Source of the DNA: Acutalibacteraceae bacterium
GTDB taxonomy: Bacteria > Bacillota > Clostridia > Oscillospirales > Acutalibacteraceae
DNA: 64,000 nt
NCBI GenBank assembly: GCA_045604605.1
Contig: JAZUOL010000001.1
Span: 496-64,495, forward strand
Direction of reading: 5' to 3'
The notes under the pieces are model-generated. The model was not told where the DNA came from and did no database searches. It saw only the letters and a program-made list of their open reading frames with translations. Position numbers and translations under genes: made by a program. Shown in pieces: positions 27,446-36,947 of the stretch (its first letter is position 1; the number at the start of each line of letters is the position of its first letter).

Positions 27446-28687
27446 ATGGATAAGAAAAATATTAAGAAAGTAGTTCTTGCTTACTCAGGCGGTCTTGATA
27501 CATCTATCATCATCCCTTGGCTTAAAGAAAATTACAACAACTGCGAGGTTATTGCAGTTTCAGGTAACGTTGGTCAGGCAAGTGAGCTTGAAGGCCTTGA
27601 AGAAAAAGCAATTGCAACAGGTGCTTCAAAAATTTATATTGAAGACCTTACAAAAGAATTCCTTGAGGATTATGTGTTCCCCGGTGTTAAAGCGGGCGCA
27701 ATTTACGAAGAGTATCTTCTTGGTACAGCTTTTGCTCGTCCTCCTATTGCAAAAAGAATTGCTGAAATTGCTATTGCAGAAGGTGCAGACGCTATTTGCC
27801 ACGGCTGTACAGGTAAAGGTAATGACCAGGTAAGATTTGAGCTTGCAATCAAAGCAATTGCTCCCAATATGCCGATCATCGCTCCTTGGAGAGAATGGGA
27901 TATAAAATCCAGAGAAGAAGAAATTGCTTATGCAGAAGCACATAATGTTCCTCTCAAAATTAACAGAGAAACAAACTATTCAAAGGATAAAAACATCTGG
28001 CACCTTTCTCACGAAGGTCTTGACCTTGAAGATCCCATGAACGAACCCCTTTATAATAAAGAAGGCTTCTTGGAAATGGGCGTTTCTCCCGAAATGGCTC
28101 CTGATAAACCCACTTATGTTACAATTCACTTTGAAAAGGGTGTTCCTACAGCAGTTGATGGCGTAGAAATGGGCGCAGTTGAGCTTGTTACAAAGCTTAA
28201 CGAGCTTGGTGGCGCAAATGGTATCGGTCTTCTTGATATCGTTGAAAACAGACTTGTTGGTATGAAATGCCGTGGTGTTTATGAAACTCCCGGTGGAGCA
28301 ATTCTTTACAAAGCACACGCAGTTCTTGAAACTATCTGCCTTGATAAAGAAACTGCTCATTATAAAGCACTTGTTGCTCAGAAGCTTGCAGAGCTTACTT
28401 ATAATGCACAGTGGTACACACCTCTTACAAAAGCAATCCTTGCATTTGTTGATTCCACACAGGAAACTGTTACAGGTGACGTTAAGCTTAAGCTTTACAA
28501 AGGTAATATGATAAATGCAGGTGTTTGCTCACCTTATTCACTTTATGATGCTGATATGGCAACATTTGATGAAGATGACGTTTATGACCAGAAAGACAGC
28601 GCAGGCTTCATCAACCTCTATGGTCTTCCCATTAAGGTTATGGCAAATATGAGAGAAAAAGCAGGTCTTGATTCTCTTGATAAATAA
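27446..28687 (+). CDS. argG: Argininosuccinate synthase
   Basis: [25 protein letters not shown] 27446 after GGAGGA. Confidence 0.95.
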   Translation: MDKKNIKKVVLAYSGGLDTSIIIPWLKENYNNCEVIAVSGNVGQASELEGLEEKAIATGASKIYIEDLTKEFLEDYVFPGVKAGAIYEEYLLGTAFARPPIAKRIAEIAIAEGADAICHGCTGKGNDQVRFELAIKAIAPNMPIIAPWREWDIKSREEEIAYAEAHNVPLKINRETNYSKDKNIWHLSHEGLDLEDPMNEPLYNKEGFLEMGVSPEMAPDKPTYVTIHFEKGVPTAVDGVEMGAVELVTKLNELGGANGIGLLDIVENRLVGMKCRGVYETPGGAILYKAHAVLETICLDKETAHYKALVAQKLAELTYNAQWYTPLTKAILAFVDSTQETVTGDVKLKLYKGNMINAGVCSPYSLYDADMATFDEDDVYDQKDSAGFINLYGLPIKVMANMREKAGLDSLDK

Positions 28688-28761
28688 TGCGAAGTGCAAA
28701 GCGCAAAACGCAAAGTGTCGGGTGCTGCGCGCAGCAATTGAAAAATGAGATAGTTATAAAC

Positions 28762-28805
28762 TTTGCACATTCGGTGCTTTTTCCGAATGTGCAAAAGTGG
28801 TTTTT
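28762..28805 (+). other. 13-bp perfect inverted repeat (hairpin) between argG and argH, distal T5
   Basis: TTTGCACATTCGG (28762-28774) pairs with CCGAATGTGCAAA (28783-28795). T5 at 28801-28805 is 5 nt from the stem. Confidence 0.5.
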
Positions 28806-28823
28806 GAAAGGGTATAAATTACT

Positions 28824-30215
28824 ATGGATAAAATGTGGGCAGGCAGATTTACAAAAGCTCTTGATAAAGAAGCAGATGATTTTAACTCTTCTCTTCACTT
28901 TGACTGCAAAATGTTTCGTCAGGATATCGGCGGTTCAATAGCACATGCAGGAATGCTTGCAAAACAGGGCATTATTACTGAAAAAGACTGCGAAGAAATT
29001 GTTGATGGCCTTACAGGTATTCTGCAAGATATTGAAAGCGGAAAGCTTACCTTTGACAGCGATGCTGAAGATATACATATGTTTATTGAGAGTGAGCTTA
29101 CTGCAAGAAAAGGTGATGTGGGTAAGCGTCTTCATACCGCAAGAAGCCGTAATGATCAGGTTGCAGTTGATATAAGACTTTACCTTCGTGATGAAGCAGA
29201 AAAGGTAAATGATTTGCTTTATGCTCTTATTGAAGTAATCCGCGATAAAGCCGCCCAAAATCAGGATGCAATTCTTCCCGGCTATACTCATCTTCAAAGA
29301 GCACAGCCTATTACATTTGCTCACCATTTACTTGCTTATGCCCAGATGTTTATGCGTGACTGCGGAAGGCTTCAGGATGCGGTTAAGAGAATGAATTATT
29401 CGCCCCTCGGCTCTTGCGCTCTTTCCGGCACAACTTATGATACAGACAGGGAATTTGAAGCTCAGAAATTAGGCTTTTACGGAATAATGCAGAACAGTAT
29501 TGACGGAGTTTCCGACAGAGATTTCTGTGTTGAGCTTATGAGCGCATTCTCTGTTATTATGATGCACCTTTCAAGATTTTCCGAAGAGGTTATTCTCTGG
29601 TCATCATGGGAATTTAAATTTGTTGAGCTTGATGATGCTTATACTACGGGCTCAAGTATTATGCCTCAGAAGAAAAATCCCGATATGGCAGAGCTTGTAA
29701 GAGGTAAAACAGGCAGAGTTTACGGCGATCTTTTCAGCCTTCTCACTTCTCTCAAAGGTCTCCCTCTTGCATATAACAAGGATATGCAGGAAGACAAGGA
29801 AGCAATTTTCGACAGTATAGAAACAGTTGAAAAATGCCTGAGCATTTTTGCTCCAATGATTGCAACAATGACAGTTCTTAAAGAAAATATGTATTTTGCT
29901 GCGCAGAAAGGCTTCATTAACGCCACTGACCTTGCAGATTACCTTGTTAAAAAGGGTATGCCTTTCAGAACTGCGTATAAAATTGTTGGTCAGACTGTTG
30001 CGGAGTGCATAGAAAAGAACAAAGTTCTTGATACTCTCTCTCTCGAGGAATATAAGGCACACAGCGACCTCTTTGAAGAAGATTTATTTAATGAAATTTC
30101 ACTTGAAACCTGTATTGCAAAAAGAATTTCTGCAGGTTCAACAGGTTATAAATCAGTAGAAAAACAAATTCAGCAGGTAACGGAGTTTATCAATGGCAAA
30201 GAAAGTATTTATTGA
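28824..30215 (+). CDS. argH: Argininosuccinate lyase
   Basis: MWAGRF start, TGSSIMPQKKNPD signature. Confidence 0.95.
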   Translation: MDKMWAGRFTKALDKEADDFNSSLHFDCKMFRQDIGGSIAHAGMLAKQGIITEKDCEEIVDGLTGILQDIESGKLTFDSDAEDIHMFIESELTARKGDVGKRLHTARSRNDQVAVDIRLYLRDEAEKVNDLLYALIEVIRDKAAQNQDAILPGYTHLQRAQPITFAHHLLAYAQMFMRDCGRLQDAVKRMNYSPLGSCALSGTTYDTDREFEAQKLGFYGIMQNSIDGVSDRDFCVELMSAFSVIMMHLSRFSEEVILWSSWEFKFVELDDAYTTGSSIMPQKKNPDMAELVRGKTGRVYGDLFSLLTSLKGLPLAYNKDMQEDKEAIFDSIETVEKCLSIFAPMIATMTVLKENMYFAAQKGFINATDLADYLVKKGMPFRTAYKIVGQTVAECIEKNKVLDTLSLEEYKAHSDLFEEDLFNEISLETCIAKRISAGSTGYKSVEKQIQQVTEFINGKESIY

Positions 30216-31125
30216 TGGTAAAGCCGGAACAACCGGTTTGAGAATATATGAAAGGCTCGAGCAGTTTGAAGGTATTGAGCTTATAAGTCTTTCGGACGAA
30301 AAAAGAAAAGACAGAGAAAGCAGAAAGGAAGCACTTAACAGTGCAGATATTGCCTTCCTTTGTCTTCCCGATGATGCGGCAAGAGAATCAGTTTCTCTTA
30401 TAGAGAATGAGAATACAGTTGTAATTGATACCTCAACTGCTCACAGAACTCTTGAGACCTGGGCTTATGGGTTTGCAGAGCTTTCTCCTGCTCATAGAAA
30501 TAAAATTAAAAATTCAAAAAGAATTGCTGTTCCCGGATGTCATGCAAGCGGATTTATTTCACTTGTTTACCCGCTTGTTGAAGCAGGGGCTTTAGATGGA
30601 ACAGAAAATCTTTCCTGCTTTTCACTTACAGGCTATAGCGGTGGCGGTAAGAAAATGATTGCTGAATACGAGGAAGAACCCGATGAGCTTTTAGGTGCTC
30701 CCCGTCAGTACGGACTTACCCAGAATCACAAGCACTTAAAGGAAATGGTTAAAATTTCGGGACTTCAGAATGCTCCTGCATTCTGTCCCATTGTTGGGGA
30801 TTTTTATTCGGGTATGGAAGTAACTGTTCCCGTGTTCAAAAGCGATTTGAAAAATGGCTTTGATATTGAAAAAATAAAAGAAATTTACAAAAACAAATAT
30901 AACGGACCTTTGGTAGAATTTAAAGACAATTTAAATGAAGAGGGCTTCATTTCTGCGGGTCTTCTTTCAGGAAAAGATAGTATGATAATTTCCGTTTTCG
31001 GAAATGAAGACAGAATCATTCTTGCCGCAAGATATGATAACCTTGGAAAAGGTGCATCGGGTGCAGCGGTGGAATGCCTTAATATTGTTTTGGGTAATGA
31101 TGATACAAAGGGTTTGGAGATATAA
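30193..31125 (+). CDS. argC: N-acetyl-gamma-glutamyl-phosphate reductase (short, type-2 form)
   Basis: IDGKAGTTG Rossmann start, VPGCHASG active-site Cys. 310 aa. 23-nt overlap with argH; GGAG 8 nt upstream of the ATG. Confidence 0.85.
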   Translation: MAKKVFIDGKAGTTGLRIYERLEQFEGIELISLSDEKRKDRESRKEALNSADIAFLCLPDDAARESVSLIENENTVVIDTSTAHRTLETWAYGFAELSPAHRNKIKNSKRIAVPGCHASGFISLVYPLVEAGALDGTENLSCFSLTGYSGGGKKMIAEYEEEPDELLGAPRQYGLTQNHKHLKEMVKISGLQNAPAFCPIVGDFYSGMEVTVPVFKSDLKNGFDIEKIKEIYKNKYNGPLVEFKDNLNEEGFISAGLLSGKDSMIISVFGNEDRIILAARYDNLGKGASGAAVECLNIVLGNDDTKGLEI

Positions 31126-31127
31126 TT

Positions 31128-32342
31128 ATGGAACTCATTAATGGCGGCATCTGTGCCGCAAAAGGTTTTACCGCAGGTGGTATTCATTGCGGTATAAGAA
31201 AAAATAAAACTAAACGCGACCTTGCTTTGATTTTTAGTGAAGCTAAAGCAAGCGCAGCAGCAGTATATACAACTAACCTTGTTAAAGGTGCGCCTTTGGC
31301 AGTTACAAAAATGCACCTTATGGATGGCAAGGCTCAGGCGGTTATTTGTAACAGTGGTAATGCTAACACTTGTAATGCAGATGGTATAGAGATTGCTCAA
31401 AAAATGGCAGAGCTTACTGCAGAAACTCTCGGAATTGAAAAAGAAGATGTTGTTGTTGCTTCAACAGGTGTTATCGGTCAACCTCTTGATATAACACCTA
31501 TTAAAGAGGGTCTTCCTGAGCTTAAAGATGCTCTCGGGGATAATAACAGCGAATATGCCGCAGAAGGTATTATGACAACTGATACTGTCAAAAAAGAGAT
31601 TGCAGTTTCTTTTAAAATAGACGGAGTTGAGTGCAAAATCGGTGGTATTGCAAAGGGTAGCGGTATGATTCATCCCAATATGGCAACAATGCTTGTTTTC
31701 ATTACAAGTGATGTGGCGATTGCTCCCGAAATGCTTCAGAAAGCACTTTCAAGCGACATTCAGAACACATTTAATATGGTTAGTGTTGATGGTGACACTT
31801 CAACAAATGATATGGTTTGTGTTCTTGCAAACGGAATGGCAGGTAATAAAGAAATTACTGAAGATGGAGAGGCTTTTGATATCTTTATGAAAGCTCTTAA
31901 CACGGTAACTGTTCATCTTTGCAGAATGATTGCGGGAGACGGAGAAGGTGCAACAAAGCTTCTTGAATGCCGCGTAACAGGTGCATCTGATGAAAAAAAA
32001 GCAAAAACTGTTGCAAAGAGTGTTATTTGCTCTTCACTTACAAAGGCAGCAATGTTTGGTGCAGATGCTAACTGGGGCAGAGTTCTTTGTGCAATTGGTT
32101 ATAGCGGTGCAGATGTTGATGTTACAAAGGTTGATGTTTCCTTTGAATCTGCTAAAGGTGTAATTCCTGTTTGTAAAGATGGTTCAGGCATTGAGTTTTC
32201 TGAGGAAATAGCAAAAGAAATACTTCTTGAAAAAGAGATTATTATAAATGTCGGTCTTAATTCGGGTGATTTCGGTTCAACTGCCTGGGGATGCGACCTT
32301 ACTTATGAATATGTAAAAATTAACGGTGATTATAGGACGTGA
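31128..32342 (+). CDS. argJ: Bifunctional ornithine acetyltransferase / N-acetylglutamate synthase
   Basis: Autoprocessing site HPNMATMLVF; GICAAKGF start. Confidence 0.9.
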   Translation: MELINGGICAAKGFTAGGIHCGIRKNKTKRDLALIFSEAKASAAAVYTTNLVKGAPLAVTKMHLMDGKAQAVICNSGNANTCNADGIEIAQKMAELTAETLGIEKEDVVVASTGVIGQPLDITPIKEGLPELKDALGDNNSEYAAEGIMTTDTVKKEIAVSFKIDGVECKIGGIAKGSGMIHPNMATMLVFITSDVAIAPEMLQKALSSDIQNTFNMVSVDGDTSTNDMVCVLANGMAGNKEITEDGEAFDIFMKALNTVTVHLCRMIAGDGEGATKLLECRVTGASDEKKAKTVAKSVICSSLTKAAMFGADANWGRVLCAIGYSGADVDVTKVDVSFESAKGVIPVCKDGSGIEFSEEIAKEILLEKEIIINVGLNSGDFGSTAWGCDLTYEYVKINGDYRT

Positions 32343-32346
32343 TAAA

Positions 32347-33216
32347 ATGGAAAATTTGAATATTACAAATCTTCAGCGCGCAGAGGTTATTACTCAGGCG
32401 CTTCCTTACATTCAGAAATATCACAACAAAATCATTGTTGTTAAATATGGCGGAAATGCAATGATTAGCGAAGAGCTTAAGCTTCAGGTTATGGAAGACC
32501 TGGTTCTTCTCTGGCTCATTGGTGTCAAGCCTGTGCTTGTTCACGGTGGTGGTCCTGAAATTTCTGATATGCTCAAAAAAGTGGGCAAGCAGAGTGAGTT
32601 CGTTGATGGGTTGCGCGTAACTGACAAGGAAACTGCAGAAATTGTTCAGATGGTTCTTGCAGGTAAAATCAACAAACAGCTTGTTAACCTTTTAGGTGAA
32701 TTTGGTGGTAATGCAGTTGGTATTTCAGGTATTGACGGCCACCTTATTGAAGCAAAGGTTAAGGATGAAAGACTTGGTTTTGTTGGCGAGATTACAAAGG
32801 TAAATGTTCAACCTATTCTCGACCTTATTGAAAAGGAATATATTCCTGTTGTTTCAACAGTAGGCTGCGATAAAGAGGGTAATGTTTATAACATCAATGC
32901 AGATACTGCAGCATCCTTTATAGCAGGGGCTATGAAGGCGGAAAGACTTATTACAATGACCGATATTCCCGGCATTTTAAGAGATGTTAATGACCCTGAT
33001 TCAATTATTAAAAGGGTTACTACCGATGAAGCACGTCAATTATTTGCAGACGGCATTATTTCAGGCGGTATGATTCCCAAGGTAGAATGCTGTATTGAAG
33101 CGATTGAAAAGGGTGTAAGAAGAGTAACAATTCTTGATGGTCGCGTTCCTCATGCACTTCTTCTTGAATTGCTCACCGATGAGGGTGCAGGTACACTCGT
33201 TAAGGGGTTGGATTGA
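32347..33216 (+). CDS. argB: Acetylglutamate kinase
   Basis: VVKYGGNAM, VHGGGPEI. The second ATG (32347) avoids overlap with argJ. Confidence 0.9.
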   Translation: MENLNITNLQRAEVITQALPYIQKYHNKIIVVKYGGNAMISEELKLQVMEDLVLLWLIGVKPVLVHGGGPEISDMLKKVGKQSEFVDGLRVTDKETAEIVQMVLAGKINKQLVNLLGEFGGNAVGISGIDGHLIEAKVKDERLGFVGEITKVNVQPILDLIEKEYIPVVSTVGCDKEGNVYNINADTAASFIAGAMKAERLITMTDIPGILRDVNDPDSIIKRVTTDEARQLFADGIISGGMIPKVECCIEAIEKGVRRVTILDGRVPHALLLELLTDEGAGTLVKGLD

Positions 33217-34379
33217 TGAGTATTAAAGAACTTGATAAACAATATGTTGCCAATACCTATGCCCGTTTTCCAATTGAATTGGTTTCGGGTAAAGGCAGTT
33301 ATCTTTATGATAGCGAAGGTAAAGAATATATTGATATGGGCACAGGTATAGGTGTTAGTGCCTTTGGCGTAGGCGATGAAGAATGGGTTAAGGCTGTAAC
33401 CGAACAGCTTACAACTCTTCAGCATACATCAAACCTTTATTACACAAGTCCTTGTGCTAAGCTTGCAGAGCTTCTTTGCACTAAAACAGGTGCAAAAAAG
33501 GTTTTCTTTTCGAATTCAGGCGCAGAAGCCAATGAGTGTGCCATAAAAGCCGCAAGAAAATATGCGGCAGAGAAAAAGGGTGCAGATTATTATAAAATCA
33601 TAACCCTTAACAACAGCTTTCACGGCAGAACAATAACAACTCTTGCCGCAACGGGACAAGATACATTCCATAAGGATTTTCTTCCTCTTACAGGTGGATT
33701 TCTTTATGCAGATGCAGGCGATTTGGAAGCAATTGAAAAATATATAAAAGAAGAAAAAATTGCTGCGATTATGTTTGAAACCATTCAGGGAGAGGGCGGA
33801 GTTGTACCTCTTTCAAAGAAGTTTGTTTCAGGTCTTGCAAAGCTTGCGGAAGAGAATGATATTCTTCTTGTTGTTGATGAGGTGCAGACCGGTAACGGCA
33901 GAACAGGCGCTCTTTACGGCTATATGAAATATGGCATTAATCCCGATATCGTTTCAACTGCAAAGGGTATCGGCGGAGGTCTTCCTTTGGGTGCTACAAT
34001 GCTCTTCGAGAAAACCGAAAATGTTTATACACCGGGTTCTCACGGTTCAACCTTTGGTGGTAACCCCGTTTCCTGTGCAGGTGCAATAAGTATTATAGAG
34101 AGACTTGATGCTTCATTTCTTTCAGATGTGGAAAAGAAAAGTGAATATATTATTGGTGAGCTTTCTTCCTGTAAGGGTGTAAAAAGTATAAGCGGATTAG
34201 GTCTTATGCTTGGTATTGAAACTGAGAAAGATGTAAACGAAGTTCTTTCTTATTGTCAACAGAATGGTGTTTTACCCATAAAAGCAAAAAACAAATTAAG
34301 ACTTTTACCGCCTTTGAATATCTCTTTTGAGGATTTAGGAAAGGCAATAAATATTATAAAAAAGGCTTGTGAGGTATAA
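33213..34379 (+). CDS. argD: Acetylornithine aminotransferase
   Basis: [27 protein letters not shown] (PLP lysine). Confidence 0.9.
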   Translation: MMSIKELDKQYVANTYARFPIELVSGKGSYLYDSEGKEYIDMGTGIGVSAFGVGDEEWVKAVTEQLTTLQHTSNLYYTSPCAKLAELLCTKTGAKKVFFSNSGAEANECAIKAARKYAAEKKGADYYKIITLNNSFHGRTITTLAATGQDTFHKDFLPLTGGFLYADAGDLEAIEKYIKEEKIAAIMFETIQGEGGVVPLSKKFVSGLAKLAEENDILLVVDEVQTGNGRTGALYGYMKYGINPDIVSTAKGIGGGLPLGATMLFEKTENVYTPGSHGSTFGGNPVSCAGAISIIERLDASFLSDVEKKSEYIIGELSSCKGVKSISGLGLMLGIETEKDVNEVLSYCQQNGVLPIKAKNKLRLLPPLNISFEDLGKAINIIKKACEV

Positions 34380-34381
34380 AA

Positions 34382-35365
34382 ATGAATTTAAAAGGCAGAG
34401 ATTTTTTAAAGCTTCTTGACTACACAAGTGAGGAAATGGAATACCTCATAAATCTTGCGGCGGACCTTAAAAAGAAAAAGAAAAACGGAATTCCCCACGA
34501 TACACTTAAGGGCAAAAATATTGCTCTTATATTTGAAAAGACAAGTACAAGAACACGTTGCAGCTTTGAGGTTGCTGCAAGGGATTTGGGTATGGGTGTA
34601 ACTTACCTTGACCCCAATGCTTCTCAAATCGGAAGAAAAGAGAGTATTGCTGATACAGCGCGTGTTCTCAGCTCTATTTATGATGGCATAGAGTATCGTG
34701 GTTATGGTCAGGAAATTGTCGAAGAGCTTGCAAAGTATTCTAAGGTTCCTGTCTGGAACGGTCTTACAAATGAATTCCATCCCACACAGATTCTTGCTGA
34801 CTTTCTTACAATTAAGGAGAAATTCGGTAGGCTCAAAGGTATAAACTTTGTTTATATGGGCGATGCGAGATATAATATGGGCAATTCTCTTATGGTTGGT
34901 TGCGCTATTATGGGGCTTAATTTCACAGCTTGCGCTCCTGAAAAATATTTCCCTGATAGTGATCTTGTAGATGAATGTAAAAAGCTTGCAAAGCAAAGTG
35001 GTGCTACTCTCAAATTTGAGGTAGACCCCAAGAAAGCCACAAAGAATGCAGATGTTATATATACTGATGTCTGGGTTTCAATGGGCGAACCAGAGCTTGT
35101 CTGGGCAGAGAGAATCAACGAGCTTGCACCATATCAGGTGAACACTGAGCTTATGAAAAATGCAGGTGACAACGCAATATTTATGCATTGCCTTCCTGCA
35201 TATCATGATAAGAAAACTGAAATCGGTAAAAGAATGTGCGAGAAATTTAATCGTTCAGCAATGGAAGTTACCGATGAAGTTTTTGAAAGTGAGCAATCTG
35301 TTGTTTTCCAGGAAGCAGAAAACAGAATGCACACAATTAAAGCAGTTATGTATGCAACTCTGTAA
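34382..35365 (+). CDS. argF: Ornithine carbamoyltransferase
   Basis: Intact STRTR, HPTQ, DxxxSMG-like VWVSMG and HCLP motifs. Confidence 0.9.
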   Translation: MNLKGRDFLKLLDYTSEEMEYLINLAADLKKKKKNGIPHDTLKGKNIALIFEKTSTRTRCSFEVAARDLGMGVTYLDPNASQIGRKESIADTARVLSSIYDGIEYRGYGQEIVEELAKYSKVPVWNGLTNEFHPTQILADFLTIKEKFGRLKGINFVYMGDARYNMGNSLMVGCAIMGLNFTACAPEKYFPDSDLVDECKKLAKQSGATLKFEVDPKKATKNADVIYTDVWVSMGEPELVWAERINELAPYQVNTELMKNAGDNAIFMHCLPAYHDKKTEIGKRMCEKFNRSAMEVTDEVFESEQSVVFQEAENRMHTIKAVMYATL

Positions 35366-35672
35366 CTAAATCTTCTGCTTTTATTATTTTAAGAAAATTA
35401 TAGTCTGAAAAGCATTGACTTAATTCATCAATAAACCATTCAGATGCACCGTAGTTGACAATAGCTATGGTGCATTGCTTTTGTATTCCTAAAAACGAGC
35501 AGATTTCCCGTATGTTTATAATGCGATTGTAAATATCTCGGTTGTCGGAATTAAGGGGTACAGTGATTGTAACTCCTTTATCTTTCCATATCATAAGCTT
35601 GAATATAAAAGAAAAAAGAATAAAAAGTATTCCCAGAATAGCTAAAATTAAAGCCACAATATCAGATAACAT
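35346..35672 (-). CDS. Hypothetical small membrane-anchored protein
   Basis: 108 aa, N-terminal [22 protein letters not shown]. Perfect GGAGG 7 nt upstream of the ATG, but the SD lies inside the upstream terminator stem. 3' end overlaps argF by 20 nt. Confidence 0.4.
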   Translation of the reverse strand: MLSDIVALILAILGILFILFSFIFKLMIWKDKGVTITVPLNSDNRDIYNRIINIREICSFLGIQKQCTIAIVNYGASEWFIDELSQCFSDYNFLKIIKAEDLVTELHT

Positions 35673-35708
35673 AAAAAAACCTCCCGCAGTATTTTATGCG
35701 GGAGGTTT
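35673..35708 (-). terminator. Intrinsic terminator of the 35733..36770 gene
   Basis: ACCTCCCGCA / TGCGGGAGGT 10-bp stem, followed on the minus strand by T7. Confidence 0.7.
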
Positions 35709-35732
35709 GTACTATGTTTAATAATGATGGGA

Positions 35733-36770
35733 TTATTTAATATCGAAAGTCATAACAGCCTTTGACCAATCATCAGATGTAAGGAATCTGCCGTTTGCAA
35801 AGTCTCTTGCATAGAAGATAACCTGAGAATCTGTAACCTCAACGAAAAGACCTGTGCCGGGATTGTTGTAAACGCCGTCTTTGTTATCAATACCAACAGA
35901 GGGAACGTTAATACCCTGAACATTCTTTTTCTTGTTGAGTGTTTCGTAGGTGTATTTACCGAAGCCTGTATGAAGGTGTCCTGTTACGAAGAATACATTT
36001 TCATACTTAGTAAGGATATCGTAAACCTCGTTTGTCTGATCACCGATGCAACCGGTCATATCGTAATCATCTTTTCTTTCGTATATGGGAAGAGATTCAT
36101 CACCTGCACCGCTATTTGCAGAACCCCATGTATCAGGAAGTCCGTGGCCTTCTGCGAGAGGATAATGGCAAATTACAAATACGGGCTTGCCACTTTTTGT
36201 AGCCTTTTTGAGCTCTACATTAAGCCACTGAAGCTGAGCGTCGCTGATGTAAGCATCTTCGAATCTGCTTTCTTCAGAACCCATAACAAGGAATGTGTAG
36301 CCATTTACCATATATTTGAAATAAACATCGTTCTGTGCATTTTCTGCATCATTAAGACCATTCATAAAGTTAAGGAAACGTTCTTTTGACTGCTCGTATT
36401 CACGAAGACGAATATCGTGGTTACCTGTGCACATAATGAAGTTCTTTGTGTTAAAGTTTTCAATGTGGCTTGCAACTCTGTCGAATTCTTCCTGCATACC
36501 GTTTTCTGCAATATCACCAACGATAAGGAAAGCATCAAGGTCAATGTCGGAGTTGTTCATATCTTCTGCAAAGGAAATGAGATTTGCTTCACGCTCGGGC
36601 ATATAGTCACAAACCTGAGTGTCGCCTGTTAATACGAAATCGATATTAACATCATCAGAGAAGTTTCTGAGAACGTCACCGGTTGCAGGAGTTATAATAC
36701 CGCCAAACATTGTTAAAATTGATAAAAAGAGTGCTGCAATTTCTTGAAATAATCCGCTTATGTATTCCAT
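35733..36770 (-). CDS. Metallophosphoesterase with N-terminal signal/anchor
   Basis: GDTQ, GDIAENG, GNHD, ICHYP, GHLH motifs. Hydrophobic N-terminus. Confidence 0.7.
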   Translation of the reverse strand: MEYISGLFQEIAALFLSILTMFGGIITPATGDVLRNFSDDVNIDFVLTGDTQVCDYMPEREANLISFAEDMNNSDIDLDAFLIVGDIAENGMQEEFDRVASHIENFNTKNFIMCTGNHDIRLREYEQSKERFLNFMNGLNDAENAQNDVYFKYMVNGYTFLVMGSEESRFEDAYISDAQLQWLNVELKKATKSGKPVFVICHYPLAEGHGLPDTWGSANSGAGDESLPIYERKDDYDMTGCIGDQTNEVYDILTKYENVFFVTGHLHTGFGKYTYETLNKKKNVQGINVPSVGIDNKDGVYNNPGTGLFVEVTDSQVIFYARDFANGRFLTSDDWSKAVMTFDIK

Positions 36771-36947
36771 AAAGACCCTACCTTTTCATTTTATTTTGCT
36801 TAATTATACCACTCAAAACATGTTTAGTCAACGATTATTTGTAATACTTTGGTAAAAAAGCCATAGTCAGAATATTGAAAAAAATACGATAGTATGGTAT
36901 TATGAATATATCTGTGCAAGAAATTATAAAAATTTTGGGAGTATTTT

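Noticed and set aside
28687-28941. 84-aa ORF spanning the argG-argH spacer into argH.
   Set aside because: It starts inside the argG stop region, runs through the heptamer array and hairpins, and overlaps argH out of frame. No SD.
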